From the NCBI GenBank assembly GCA_964513465.1, contig CAZEMR010000005.1, positions 14,948 to 78,947 of the forward strand: a stretch of 64,000 nt of DNA, in the 5' to 3' direction. The notes under the pieces were generated by a model. That model searched no databases. It saw nothing but the letters and a program-made list of their open reading frames with translations, and was not told the DNA's origin. Positions 26,419 through 36,735 of the stretch are shown piece by piece (the first letter of the stretch is position 1; each line of letters begins with the position of its first letter). Position numbers and translations under genes: made by a program. The stretch comes from an uncultured Hyphomicrobiales bacterium (GTDB lineage Bacteria; Bacteroidota; Ignavibacteria; Kapaibacteriales; UBA2268).

Positions 26419-29400
26419 AAATCTTCGATTTCGCCCATTTCTTTCTTCCGGCATAAAGGCCCGAAAGCGCAGTAAGTGCATGAATTTCCCGAAGGATCGA
26501 CGGGGAATTGCCCCGCGCGGATATCCTCCACGATTTCTTTTGCCATTTTGATACTTGATTCCACGGCATCTTCGGCGGAAACCAAATTTCTCGAACCTGA
26601 TATATTTATATTTTTTTTAAGCCCGGTATTCATTGATAATTTTGATCGATCATCTGCCAGAACGGCTTGCTCGTATTTAAATTTCGAATTCTTTTTATCA
26701 TAATACGGATCAAAGGGATAATATGCTGCGCCGCCGAATTCAATGGAAGTATGATACTTATCACTCATAAATTGTTTGGCCGCAGCAAGGTATAACGGCA
26801 TCTGAAAAGATTTTCCCTCAAGTATGTTTCCGGTCGATGATGCGCTGCCAAGCGATGTTTTGTAATCGCCAATGAGCAGTTGGGGCGTGTCCGTATCGGG
26901 GTCAATTTCGATGCGGTCGATTTTCCCCCTCAGGCGGAATCCGTCGAATTCGACCGGCGGCAGTGACTGTGCGTGGTTTCGCGACGGCATACCGAACGAG
27001 AATTCGAATAAACCCGGCGTATATGGCCAGCCCATTCGTATTCGGCGGAGCTCGGCGCTGAGCCACGACCTAAGATACCCCGGGGTGGTCGGTGTGCCCA
27101 TTATCCTCTGCTCTTCGAGACCGAAGAACGGGTGATCGAATTTCAGGCGTTCGATCTCCTCGCGTGCAATTTCCATCAGCCTTTCGCGGTATTCATCCTC
27201 GCGGTCGGGATCGAGCCTTGTTAATATGAAATCCGGCAGATATAACTCTGTTGGATTTATCCGGCGTCCGCCCTCGGATTCACGCAATTCGGAATAGAAT
27301 CGAAAAACGATTTTGTGGAGCGTATTGCCGGTTTCAAGCGGCGATAGCGCCAGCTCTGGCTCTTCGTATTTTTTAATGCGCAGCTTTTTTTCTACGAAAT
27401 AGGCGTAAGGGCATTTGGCGTATGAATCCAGATCGGAGACTGATATTGCCAGATTCGTACTCTTCGAATAATCTGCGGCGATTTGCTCAGGCAGCTTCGA
27501 AACGAGTATCACACCTTCGGGAACGGCATCCTGTTTTCTGATTCTGGCTTGGTCGATAAACCGGATTTTATCGCCAAGTCCGGTTTTTTCGGCTATGTCG
27601 CGCAGCTCCCGGTTTTCGGGATCAATATTTTGAAATTCGCAGTATTTTTGTAATAATTCCTGGCGCGAGGTGATTGTATTTACAAATTCATAGCCACCCG
27701 GAATCTGTCCTCCCGATAGATCGGCCAGGCAGCCATCGGCCTGAAGCGTGGTGATTTTGAGCAGTTCGTCGACGAAGGAGGAGCGCACCAGTTCGCGTTC
27801 GTTTTCGCGGGCGGGAAAGGTAATATATATTTTTTTCGATCCGGAATTAATTATCTCCGGGGCATTGGCAAGGAACTGGTAGAATTGCAGGCGTTCGGAC
27901 TGTATATGCCTCAATTCGCTGCCGTAAAGCTCTTTGCCGAGAAATCGCTCGGAGCGGAATGCCAGAGGAAATTCCCCATCGAGCGCCCCGCAAAGTATCA
28001 TTACTTTATAAGGAATTGAGCGCGTCTGCTCGATGGCGGTCACAGTCACGCCATATCTCTGCTTTTCGCGGATCTGATATTTTGCGCCCGAAACGGCCGT
28101 TCGCAGCCTGTCGGCATAGAAAGCGGGGGAATAACCGCTGACCGGATTTCCCATGCCCGAATCGGCGTCGGCGGTGGCGCGGTCTTCGAGTATGAAGGTC
28201 ATTTCGTCGATAGCTTCGTTCAGCGCTGCGAGGGCGTGAGCATTTTTTTCGGCATCTTCCTGGTAATAAATGAATTCGGTGTTTGTTCCGATTTCCGATC
28301 TGTTGATGCTTTGTTCGTAATAATCGCGAATATTTCCGGCCACATGATGCCGCATGATTATATCATTTTTTATAAAATCGGAGAATTCACGCGGGCGAAG
28401 CTTACCGGCCGATAGCGGCAGCGAATTGATGAAAATATTAAAATCATACAGCGCCAGGCGGACTTTTTCAAGCTGAGTCCGTGCCACCATCATATCTATT
28501 TCTTCGGTCTCCTGGTACTTTTCCATCAATTCGATTTCTTTTTCAATTCGGTCGATAGTGCTCTCCAGACGGGCAATCCAGCCCTTATGAGCTCCGCGGG
28601 CATATCCGCCGATTATTCGTAAATCCTGGGCGACTTGTATCAGGTTTATAGTGTTGATTTCTTCGTCGGCGTTTTCGTCGCGATAAAATTTCAGATATTT
28701 GCTTTCGAGTGCGCGCTGGACGTCTGAGCCTCGGAAGCCTTTTGCGATGCAGTCCAGCAGAGCGAATACGCCCACAGTCACAGGCGATTTTTCCAGCGGA
28801 AATCGGTCGCTGATATTGACAGGTATATTATGCAGAAAAAATATTTCTCGGAACAAATCCGAGTAATTTTCTGGCTTTCGCATCGTGACGCATATATCCG
28901 AAGGGCGATAGCCGTTTGCGCAGAGATAGCGGATCAATTTGGCGAGAAATCGAACTTCCTCGATTCGGTCTTCGGTTTTTACAATACGGATCATCTCAGA
29001 AAAATTCGGATTGCGAATATCTTTTTCCGCGTTGAACAGCCATTTGCGAAGGTATTCCGTCCGTTTTGATTTGTCGAATTCTTCCTTCTCTTCGGATTCA
29101 ATCACGAATTTATCCGTGGACCTCTTTGCGAATCCGGATTTTTCGAGCGCAGCCATAGTCTCTCGAAGATTGCCGTAAAGCGGGCCGTTGTCGTGGCGAT
29201 AGTCAATATTGAGCGCAAGTCCGGCCTGGGCATCAACGAAAGCAGATAGGAATTCTCTTTCGGGCAGGCGGAATTCGGTGAATTCATCCAGAAATATCAC
29301 ATTATCGGAACCGAATATTTCGTTCAGCCTGTCATTTCCGTCCGATTTGCTCAGAATAGAATTCACCAGGTAGATCATGCCTGGTTCGTCGAGATATTTA

Positions 29401-29942
29401 TCGCCGAGCAGCTTTTCATATTCTTCATATATATTCGCAATATCCTGCAAACGCGTGGGATCGAAGATCGTATCGTGTGTGATGTCGGAATCTTCCAGCT
29501 CTTTGCGCAATTCTTTGGTTCTGATCCCATCTTTTCTGAGACCATATATCACATTGGCCAGACGCTGGATCAGAGCGGTTGAAACCCGCTGACCACCCTG
29601 CTTATAGAATTGTAAATCAGCGTTGGAAATCGCCTCGCCGAACATCGCAAGGCGATAGGCTTCGCTGACGATATGGTACTGTCCCAGATCGACCAGACTA
29701 CCAGCGCAGCGTTCAACGAATTGCGAGAATGTATATATACCAAAAGTTCCGGCGGGCTTTTTGTGATAATCGAAATATCTGCGGATCGAATCGAAGCGTA
29801 GCTTTCGAACCAGCCGGCCGGTTGGCACTATTAGACTAAGGCAGTCGATTGCGCCGTTTTTCAGAAAATGATCCAATATCCCGGCAGCTTCATCAGGATA
29901 TGCATCAATTGCGTAAGCTTTATTATATAATATCTGGGCCAT
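26415..29942 (-). CDS. AddB/RexB-like PD-(D/E)XK nuclease family protein with C-terminal Fe-S nuclease domain (no AddA-like partner in window)
   Basis: Degenerate N-terminal P-loop-like LIVPTGRL. C-terminal Cys ligands (…KCPYAYF… CTYCAFGPLC). About 1175 aa. Confidence 0.6.
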   Translation of the reverse strand: MAQILYNKAYAIDAYPDEAAGILDHFLKNGAIDCLSLIVPTGRLVRKLRFDSIRRYFDYHKKPAGTFGIYTFSQFVERCAGSLVDLGQYHIVSEAYRLAMFGEAISNADLQFYKQGGQRVSTALIQRLANVIYGLRKDGIRTKELRKELEDSDITHDTIFDPTRLQDIANIYEEYEKLLGDKYLDEPGMIYLVNSILSKSDGNDRLNEIFGSDNVIFLDEFTEFRLPEREFLSAFVDAQAGLALNIDYRHDNGPLYGNLRETMAALEKSGFAKRSTDKFVIESEEKEEFDKSKRTEYLRKWLFNAEKDIRNPNFSEMIRIVKTEDRIEEVRFLAKLIRYLCANGYRPSDICVTMRKPENYSDLFREIFFLHNIPVNISDRFPLEKSPVTVGVFALLDCIAKGFRGSDVQRALESKYLKFYRDENADEEINTINLIQVAQDLRIIGGYARGAHKGWIARLESTIDRIEKEIELMEKYQETEEIDMMVARTQLEKVRLALYDFNIFINSLPLSAGKLRPREFSDFIKNDIIMRHHVAGNIRDYYEQSINRSEIGTNTEFIYYQEDAEKNAHALAALNEAIDEMTFILEDRATADADSGMGNPVSGYSPAFYADRLRTAVSGAKYQIREKQRYGVTVTAIEQTRSIPYKVMILCGALDGEFPLAFRSERFLGKELYGSELRHIQSERLQFYQFLANAPEIINSGSKKIYITFPARENERELVRSSFVDELLKITTLQADGCLADLSGGQIPGGYEFVNTITSRQELLQKYCEFQNIDPENRELRDIAEKTGLGDKIRFIDQARIRKQDAVPEGVILVSKLPEQIAADYSKSTNLAISVSDLDSYAKCPYAYFVEKKLRIKKYEEPELALSPLETGNTLHKIVFRFYSELRESEGGRRINPTELYLPDFILTRLDPDREDEYRERLMEIAREEIERLKFDHPFFGLEEQRIMGTPTTPGYLRSWLSAELRRIRMGWPYTPGLFEFSFGMPSRNHAQSLPPVEFDGFRLRGKIDRIEIDPDTDTPQLLIGDYKTSLGSASSTGNILEGKSFQMPLYLAAAKQFMSDKYHTSIEFGGAAYYPFDPYYDKKNSKFKYEQAVLADDRSKLSMNTGLKKNINISGSRNLVSAEDAVESSIKMAKEIVEDIRAGQFPVDPSGNSCTYCAFGPLCRKKEMGEIEDF

Positions 29943-30952
29943 TAATATTTCCGCTTATCGATTTTGTCGACCAGCCAGCGCAGCATGTCCACATAAAATC
30001 CGTCGCTGAATTCGCTGATATATTTCCGCGCATTATCGAAATGCAATTTGATCTCTTCGCCAGCGCTGTCGAATACTCCGAGCCGTTCGAACAATTCGCG
30101 CATAACCGGCGCTTTATCAATGGGGAGACCGTTATTTTTGTAAAATTCATTGATTAATTCAACATCTTCCTGGCTGGTGGCGCGCTCTTTAGCCGTTATA
30201 ATCAGAAATGTTTTTTTGCCTTCGGCAATATCAAGGCCGATTGTTTTGCCAAGCTCCGCCTGGTCTGCGAGTATATCCAGCAGGTCGTCCTGAAGCTGGA
30301 AGCCGAGGCCCAACTCGCGGGCGAATAATTCTGCCGCACTGGCGATACGCTCCGGAGCATTTGCGCAGTGAACGCCGATAACTGCAGCGGTCTCGAGCAG
30401 ACGCGAGGTTTTTTTGCCGATCATATTCATATAATCATCGATCGATACATCTCGGCGCTCGTTGAATTGCATATCGAATGCCTGGCCTTCGCATACCTCG
30501 ATTAGCCCGCGAGTGAATGCCCGGTTGATCTCGGTGGCGCGGGCATGTTCATTGCATCCGGGCAGCAGGGCATAAGCATGGCCGACCATGACATCGCCGA
30601 GCAGGATGGCGGTCGGGGTGTCCCATTTTTCGTGGACTGTCTGGCGGCCGCGTCGCATAGGCGAGTCGTCCATGATATCGTCATGGACGAGTGTGAAATT
30701 ATGCATAATCTCCACAGCGGCGGCGGGCTTCAGTGCGGATTCCGGCGGCGCACCGCATGCCCCTGCGCAGATCATCGCCAGCACCGGACGGATACGCTTG
30801 CCTCCGGCTGTAAGTATATAATTAAACGGGTCGTACATGCAATCCGGATTATCGCCCTTGTGATAATTCGCCAGCAGATTTTCGACCAGCAGCAGCAGTT
30901 CGTTATATTTTTCCTGGAATAGATTGTTGTCCTTCATGTCATTCTGTTTCAT
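29942..30952 (-). CDS. Polyprenyl diphosphate synthase (trans-isoprenyl diphosphate synthase family)
   Basis: FARM motif LVHDDIMDDSPMRRG. SARM motif FQLQDDLLD. Confidence 0.85.
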   Translation of the reverse strand: MKQNDMKDNNLFQEKYNELLLLVENLLANYHKGDNPDCMYDPFNYILTAGGKRIRPVLAMICAGACGAPPESALKPAAAVEIMHNFTLVHDDIMDDSPMRRGRQTVHEKWDTPTAILLGDVMVGHAYALLPGCNEHARATEINRAFTRGLIEVCEGQAFDMQFNERRDVSIDDYMNMIGKKTSRLLETAAVIGVHCANAPERIASAAELFARELGLGFQLQDDLLDILADQAELGKTIGLDIAEGKKTFLIITAKERATSQEDVELINEFYKNNGLPIDKAPVMRELFERLGVFDSAGEEIKLHFDNARKYISEFSDGFYVDMLRWLVDKIDKRKY

Positions 30953-30963
30953 ATATTTATATA

Positions 30964-32097
30964 CTATTTATTTCTGATATAATATTTCCCTGGAAGCTGC
31001 CGCGCAAGGCCTTCGAATTCGAGATTCAACAGGCGTGGCAGGATTTCCGGCATGTCTAATCCTGTGCGGTCGGCCAGCTCGTCAATATGCAATGGCTCGA
31101 GATTGAGATTTTCGTAAATAATTTTGTCCAGCTTATTCGTAAAGCTGATCACCTGCTGGGAATTGCCGTTCTTCTGAGCGGCGGTCAGCCCCAGCTCGCC
31201 GAGCACCATTTCGGGGTTTAATGCGATATGCGCCATTTGTTTATGGATTAATTTATTAGTGCCCTCGCTCTTTTCGGCATTGATATTACCCGGCACCGCG
31301 AAAAGCTCGCGCTGGTGATCGAATGCGAAGTTTGCCGTAATCAGAGCTCCGCCCCGGGCCGCGCTTTCGACCACGAGAGTGGCCATAGAAATCCCGCTGA
31401 TAATGCGGTTGCGCTGGGGGAAATATCCCGGCCTCGCCTTGGTGCCGCATGGATATTCCGAAATAATTGCCCCGCCGGATTCGACAATTTTCTCCGCATT
31501 GCGTACGGAAACTGCCGGAGAGATCGAGTCGACCCCAGAGGCGATAACCGCATAAGTCGTTCCGCCAGCATCGATTGCGGCCATATGCGAGGCGGTGTCG
31601 ATGCCATAGGCCAGGCCGCTGGTGACGATTACACCCGCGCGCACGAATTCTTTAGCAAAGCGCTCGGCGGTCAGTTTGCCGTACGTTGTGCAGCGCCGTG
31701 TGCCAACCATCGCGATCGAAACGGTTTCAGGCGATTCCAGCCGCCCCTTTATATATAAAACGACCGGTGGATAGGGGATATCGCGCATCAACCCGGGATA
31801 TTCATCGTCCCATATTGTGATAATATCGACATCTTCGCGGCGGCATAGCTCAAGCTGCTGTCTTGAGGCCGCCTGCGCCGGGCCGACGGGCGACGAAAAG
31901 AGATCGCCCTGGCTGAGCTTTGCGGCGAGCGCCGGAGGCAGATCGGCGTCCAGCACATGATCGAGCGATTCGTAGGTCTCGATGGTCTGCCGCTGGATAT
32001 TTACGTTGATGCCGCGTATATAGCTAAGCGCGAGTATATTTTCGAGAGTCCAGTTGCCGGGTAGTGACATATTCGATTTTTTTGATTTTTTCTGCAA
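30964..32097 (-). CDS. dprA: DNA-processing protein DprA (Smf)
   Basis: Rossmann-like DprA core (VGTRRCTTYG…SGLAYGIDTASH…GGALITA). Confidence 0.85.
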   Translation of the reverse strand: MQKKSKKSNMSLPGNWTLENILALSYIRGINVNIQRQTIETYESLDHVLDADLPPALAAKLSQGDLFSSPVGPAQAASRQQLELCRREDVDIITIWDDEYPGLMRDIPYPPVVLYIKGRLESPETVSIAMVGTRRCTTYGKLTAERFAKEFVRAGVIVTSGLAYGIDTASHMAAIDAGGTTYAVIASGVDSISPAVSVRNAEKIVESGGAIISEYPCGTKARPGYFPQRNRIISGISMATLVVESAARGGALITANFAFDHQRELFAVPGNINAEKSEGTNKLIHKQMAHIALNPEMVLGELGLTAAQKNGNSQQVISFTNKLDKIIYENLNLEPLHIDELADRTGLDMPEILPRLLNLEFEGLARQLPGKYYIRNK

Positions 32098-32113
32098 TTT
32101 ACGAAAAAATGTA

Positions 32114-32899
32114 TTAAATAATTAATCCCGCGCGGTGCAAAAATATTCCCGATGCCGCAGCCACATTGATCGAGGGGATATTAGCGGAAATCGGGATATG
32201 CACCACATGATCGGCGCTTTCGACGATTGCCGGATCGATGCCCGGGCCTTCACTGCCGAATACGAGAGCGAATTTTTCGGGAAACCTGAATTCATTTAAG
32301 GGAATCGACTTCGGCGTAATCTCAGCCGCGATTATTTTTATATTATTTTTATAAAAATATTCATAGCAATCAGAAATTTCCGTAACAGAAGAAATATGCG
32401 TGTAAAAAACTCCGCCCATCGATACCCTTACGGCGCGGCGCAGCCAGGGCGATGATGTCGCGTTGTCGTGAACGATCGATCGGATGCCAAACCCGGCGCA
32501 ATTGCGGACTATGGCGCCGACGTTTTCGGAATCGACAATGGCATTCATCATTACGAACGGTGGCTCAAGCGAGCGATAATCAATTGGCGCTGGTATTTCG
32601 CCGATAGCCATAATGCCCGAGTGCAGGCGGAACCCCACGATTTGATTCATTAATTCAATTCCGGCGAAGTATTGATTATCTTCCGGAATATTTTTATTAT
32701 TGATTAATTCCGAATATTCTTCATAGAACTCCGGCAATGCGAACACCGAGCGCACACGGACGGAGCTATGCATCAGCCGCTCGAAAACAAGCCGCCCCTC
32801 GGCGACGAATACATCGTTATCGATATGCGACTGCGGTGTGCGGCGCAGCGTGCGATACAGCGCAATCCGCGGATCGTTAATATCTGTTATTTCTGTCAT
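32114..32899 (-). CDS. TrmH/SpoU-family RNA 2'-O-methyltransferase
   Basis: SPOUT motifs (FALVFGSEGPGI…HIPISANIPSINVAAASGI). Confidence 0.8.
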   Translation of the reverse strand: MTEITDINDPRIALYRTLRRTPQSHIDNDVFVAEGRLVFERLMHSSVRVRSVFALPEFYEEYSELINNKNIPEDNQYFAGIELMNQIVGFRLHSGIMAIGEIPAPIDYRSLEPPFVMMNAIVDSENVGAIVRNCAGFGIRSIVHDNATSSPWLRRAVRVSMGGVFYTHISSVTEISDCYEYFYKNNIKIIAAEITPKSIPLNEFRFPEKFALVFGSEGPGIDPAIVESADHVVHIPISANIPSINVAAASGIFLHRAGLII

Positions 32900-32963
32900 A
32901 AATGATTATTCAAATAACCAACTATACCCTCTACCCCAAAGTAGTGGCTGGTGGTTAAATTAC

Positions 32964-32997
32964 AAAAAAGCCCCCGATATATATAACCGGAGGCTTT
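32964..32997 (-). terminator. Rho-independent terminator downstream of the P5C dehydrogenase gene (minus strand)
   Basis: Minus strand reads aaaGCCTCCGgttatatatatCGGGGGCtttttt. Confidence 0.55.
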
Positions 32998-33018
32998 GAT
33001 TTATTCGATCAAATTTGA

Positions 33019-34584
33019 TTATTTGACTTTTTCGCTGATTGCTTTGCCCTGCATGAAGAGCGAGAGATAGTCGCGGCTTCCGGCTTTGGAGTCGGTACCG
33101 CTCATATTGAATCCGCCGAAGGGGTGGACGTCGACCACAGCGCCGGTACTCTTACGGTTGAAGTAGAGGTTGCCGACGTGGAATTCGCTGCGTGCACGAT
33201 TCAGCTTGTAGCGGTTTTCGGAATATACCGAGCCGGTGAGGCCATAAATCGTGTTGTTGGCGATTTCGAGTGCGTTGTCGTAGTCCTCGGCTTTGAGAAT
33301 TGCGAGCACGGGGCCGAATATCTCTTCCTGGGAGATTCGGGCGTCCGGGGCGATATCCTTGATGATCGTCGGCTGGATAAAGAATCCGTCCATATCTTTG
33401 ACCTTTTCGCCGCCAAGGATCAGTTTGCCTTCTTCTTTGCCGATTTCGATATAGGAAAGGATCGATGCTTCTGCGCGCTCGTTTACAACCGGGCCGCAGT
33501 AGTAATTGTCGACCGGGTCGCCGCTTTCGAGCTTGCGGGTGGCTTCGACGAGTTTTTCGCAGAATTCGTCATAAATCATTTTGTCGACTACTGCGCGAGA
33601 GCATGCCGAGCACTTCTGGCCCTGGAATCCGAATGCGGATACCATAACGCCATGGACTGCTGCGTCTATGTCGGCTTCGGAATCCACGATGATGGTGTCT
33701 TTGCCGCCCATTTCGGCGATTACGCGTTTGATCCAGATCTGCTCCGGCGGTGTCTGAGCGGCCAGCTCATTGATGCGCAGACCGACTTCCATCGAACCGG
33801 TGAAGGAGATAAAGCGTGTATGAGGATGCTTGACCAGATAGTCGCCTGCTTCGGCGCCGCTGGCCACAAAGAAGTTCAGCACGCCCTTGGGCAGACCGAC
33901 TTCGTGCATTATGTCTGCGAACAGATAGCCCATCATCGGCGCGTCGGACGAAGGTTTCATCACAACTGTATTGCCGGCTGCGATTGCCGCGCTGGTGATG
34001 CCAACCATAATGGCAAAGGGGAAGTTCCACGGCGGAATGCAGATGCCAACGCCAAGCGGCACATAGAAGTATTCGTTCTTTTCGCCGGGATAGGGTGTAA
34101 GCGGCTGCGGTTCGGAATAGCGTATCGCCTCGCGTGCGTAGAATTCGAGAAAGTCGATTGCTTCGCAGGTATCTGCGTCGGCTTCGGCGTAGTTTTTGCC
34201 AACTTCCGCGATCATCCATGCGTTGATTTCGAGGCGGCGCTGACGGCATACTTCGGCTGCTTTAAGCAGGAATTCCGCACGGTCTTCCGCGCGGGTATAG
34301 CGCCAGATGTCGAATGCATTATAAGCGGCCTGGATGGCTGCTTCGGCGTCTTCTGCGCCGCCGCGCTGCAATCCGCGCTGGAACAGTCCGACCAGCTCTT
34401 TTGGGTGCGCCGGGTTATAAGATTCGGTTTTGCTCTGCGTAAAGACGCGCTCGCCGTCGATAATATTCGGGTATTCCTTGCCGAATTGCGAACGAACTTT
34501 GTCGATAGCTTCTTTTTGCTTCTTAGCGATTTCCGGATCGGAAAAATCGTAAGGCGTAAGGTTTTCAAAAGGTTTTAAATCCAT
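33019..34584 (-). CDS. L-glutamate gamma-semialdehyde (1-pyrroline-5-carboxylate) dehydrogenase, RocA/PruA type aldehyde dehydrogenase
   Basis: Aldehyde dehydrogenase catalytic motifs (ELGGKD-like IAEMGGKD; FGFQGQKCSACSR). Length and N-terminal extension are typical of RocA-type P5CDH. Confidence 0.8.
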   Translation of the reverse strand: MDLKPFENLTPYDFSDPEIAKKQKEAIDKVRSQFGKEYPNIIDGERVFTQSKTESYNPAHPKELVGLFQRGLQRGGAEDAEAAIQAAYNAFDIWRYTRAEDRAEFLLKAAEVCRQRRLEINAWMIAEVGKNYAEADADTCEAIDFLEFYAREAIRYSEPQPLTPYPGEKNEYFYVPLGVGICIPPWNFPFAIMVGITSAAIAAGNTVVMKPSSDAPMMGYLFADIMHEVGLPKGVLNFFVASGAEAGDYLVKHPHTRFISFTGSMEVGLRINELAAQTPPEQIWIKRVIAEMGGKDTIIVDSEADIDAAVHGVMVSAFGFQGQKCSACSRAVVDKMIYDEFCEKLVEATRKLESGDPVDNYYCGPVVNERAEASILSYIEIGKEEGKLILGGEKVKDMDGFFIQPTIIKDIAPDARISQEEIFGPVLAILKAEDYDNALEIANNTIYGLTGSVYSENRYKLNRARSEFHVGNLYFNRKSTGAVVDVHPFGGFNMSGTDSKAGSRDYLSLFMQGKAISEKVK

Positions 34585-34806
34585 TATGCCATCTCCTGAT
34601 GTTGTTATATAAATATTAGATCAAACATTACATTCCGGATAAATTATAAAAAACCGCACAAAATGCGGTTTCATCGGACTGCGATCCTTTATAGATTACA
34701 AAGTTAACAAAATCTTAGAAATTTAAAACACTTCGAGAGAAAAATCGGTAGATTTTTGAATCTTTTATTCAAATTCTTTTTGTTTAAACGATTGGGAATA
34801 ATGGAA

Positions 34807-36531
34807 TTACTTTTTGGGATTGATTTCAATCATTACCCGTCTTTTGTATTCATTATCGACCGCGGTGCGGCGGTCGACTCCCTCGCCCATTATTTCCCAT
34901 CTGACCTTGTCAGAAATTTTCCGGTATTCGGGGAATTCCCTCAGCCTGCGTTCCAGGTAGCGGGCGGTATAATACGCCCTCAGCGAGGACAGCAGCCGGT
35001 TGTTCATTTTGGCTCCCCGATCTATCCGGAATCCGAATTTCTCGTCGTCGATGCTTTCTTCCGCAAATCGCGCAACTGACGAAATTTCGCGCGGATCGGA
35101 ATACCCTCGAAGACGAAGATGCAGATTTTCTATTTGCCTGCCGCAGCCCGCATCAGGAATTTTGACGTGTTTAAGTATGAATTTCATAGCGTCGCTTAGT
35201 GCGGATTCGACCTGTGGGACGTACTGGTTATAACGCTCGCCGGGGTCTTCGATATACCTCGTCGAGTCGCTAATGCCGAGCAGTCCGTAATCGAATTTCA
35301 GGCGCAGCGAGGATAGATTCTCGGTGGTGTTGGGTTTATAATATCCGGTTACAAAAAAGGGGATATCATATTTTTCGAATGTGAATTTTCCGGGAATTGT
35401 CCGGAAAGATTCTTTTACCGTATAAACAAAAGATGTGTTATCGGAGCATTCCGCATGGAAACGAAAAACCTTGTCGTTGCCGGGGAAGCAATCATGCGAG
35501 ATAATTAATTCATATTCGTCGCCCGGATTAAGCTGGTTTTCGAAATGTCCGTCGGCAGCTTCTATTGTTTCTTCTATGCCGGAGCTGATGTTTATCAGCG
35601 CCACATCGGCCGGGTAATCGACCGCATCGGGCAGGGAAATTTCGCCGCGAATAAGGGCGGCTTTGCAAATAGGATAGCGGTAGATATCATAGCCGCCCAT
35701 CCCACCTGGCCGATTCGAAGCGAAATATATATAATTATGATAAATCGCGGGGCCGGTTTCGTCCGAAGGGCTGTTGACAGGGGCTGGCAAAATTTCTGGA
35801 GATGTCCACGATCCGGCTTCGTCCGGATGCGCTCTGATTATCTGAAAATCACCATTTTCGCCGAATCCGCGTGATGCGTAATATAAATTGCCATTAGCGC
35901 CGATATATGGCGAAAGCTCCCGATCGGCGGTGTTAATCGGCTCGGGAAGCAGAGCAGGATCGCTCCATATCCCGTCAGCGCCTCGCCGGCTAATCCATAT
36001 ATCAATATCTCCGATGCTGCCCGGACGGTCGGAAGTAAACATAAGTATATTTCCGTCCGGCGAAATCGTCGGATGAGATTCGTAGTATGGCGAATTTATT
36101 TCCTCGAGGGCAATCGGGGCAGACCATAACCCGCCCTCGCGGATAGCAAAATATATATCGCGGTGGGTCCGGCCAGTTGATTCATTAGTTGCTGCAAAAT
36201 ATATCTCAGCCCGGTTGTTCAGAGTGTCCGAGTAAAAAGATGGCACACCGCCTGCTGGCAGGCTGTGCAAAGGCAGCGATTTATCCGGCCGTGGATCGAC
36301 AAAATCGTTTTTGATAATTTCAGTTCTGTAAACCTTTTCGATTTTGTCTTCGGCCGAAAGCACCGCGTAAAACATAGTGCTGTCGAGAAACGAGGGCTCG
36401 TATTCATCCGATGGAGTATTTACAGACATATTGCCGCCCATAGTAATTCCTCCGGACTGACCTGTGGAGCCGCACCCAGCGGCCAATCCGAGCAAACCCA
36501 TGAAAAACAGCGCTGTATAAATATATTTCAT
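34807..36531 (-). CDS. Lipoprotein with PD40/TolB-like beta-propeller and C-terminal degenerate OmpA-like domain (PorE-like architecture)
   Basis: Lipobox LAAGC. PD40 repeats (FTSDRPG…DIWIS…; YYASRGFG…). C-terminal …LRLRGYSDPR…NNRLLSSLRAYYTARYL…RRVMIEI aligns to the OmpA_C pattern. Confidence 0.55.
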   Translation of the reverse strand: MKYIYTALFFMGLLGLAAGCGSTGQSGGITMGGNMSVNTPSDEYEPSFLDSTMFYAVLSAEDKIEKVYRTEIIKNDFVDPRPDKSLPLHSLPAGGVPSFYSDTLNNRAEIYFAATNESTGRTHRDIYFAIREGGLWSAPIALEEINSPYYESHPTISPDGNILMFTSDRPGSIGDIDIWISRRGADGIWSDPALLPEPINTADRELSPYIGANGNLYYASRGFGENGDFQIIRAHPDEAGSWTSPEILPAPVNSPSDETGPAIYHNYIYFASNRPGGMGGYDIYRYPICKAALIRGEISLPDAVDYPADVALINISSGIEETIEAADGHFENQLNPGDEYELIISHDCFPGNDKVFRFHAECSDNTSFVYTVKESFRTIPGKFTFEKYDIPFFVTGYYKPNTTENLSSLRLKFDYGLLGISDSTRYIEDPGERYNQYVPQVESALSDAMKFILKHVKIPDAGCGRQIENLHLRLRGYSDPREISSVARFAEESIDDEKFGFRIDRGAKMNNRLLSSLRAYYTARYLERRLREFPEYRKISDKVRWEIMGEGVDRRTAVDNEYKRRVMIEINPKK

Positions 36532-36700
36532 CGCAGTAGAATTTTTTTAATTTATTATAATTATTTAATTTACAAAAATTTTACGAGAGTTCCTTCGCAA
36601 AGGGGGCCCGGCGAGAATAAAACAGCGTCCGGAATTGACAAGGAACTAAAATAATTCGATACAATTTCGTAATTAATTCTTTTGGAATTCGTATAAGTAT

Positions 36701-36735
36701 TTATCGGCATAAAAGGGAAGAAAATTAGTCATGCG
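36701..36735 (-). promoter_or_regulatory. Candidate sigma-28 (FliA)-type promoter on the minus strand upstream of the PorE-like lipoprotein gene
   Basis: Minus strand reads cTAATTTTCttcccttttatGCCGATAAata. There is a perfect GCCGATAA -10 element with a TAAtTTTc -35 element 11 nt upstream. It lies about 170 nt upstream of the start codon, and a chance 8-mer match is not excluded. Confidence 0.25.

Noticed and set aside
33124-34578. 484-aa plus-strand ORF
   Set aside because: Antisense to the P5C dehydrogenase gene, which carries clear aldehyde-dehydrogenase catalytic motifs. It has the composition typical of GC-rich shadow ORFs.
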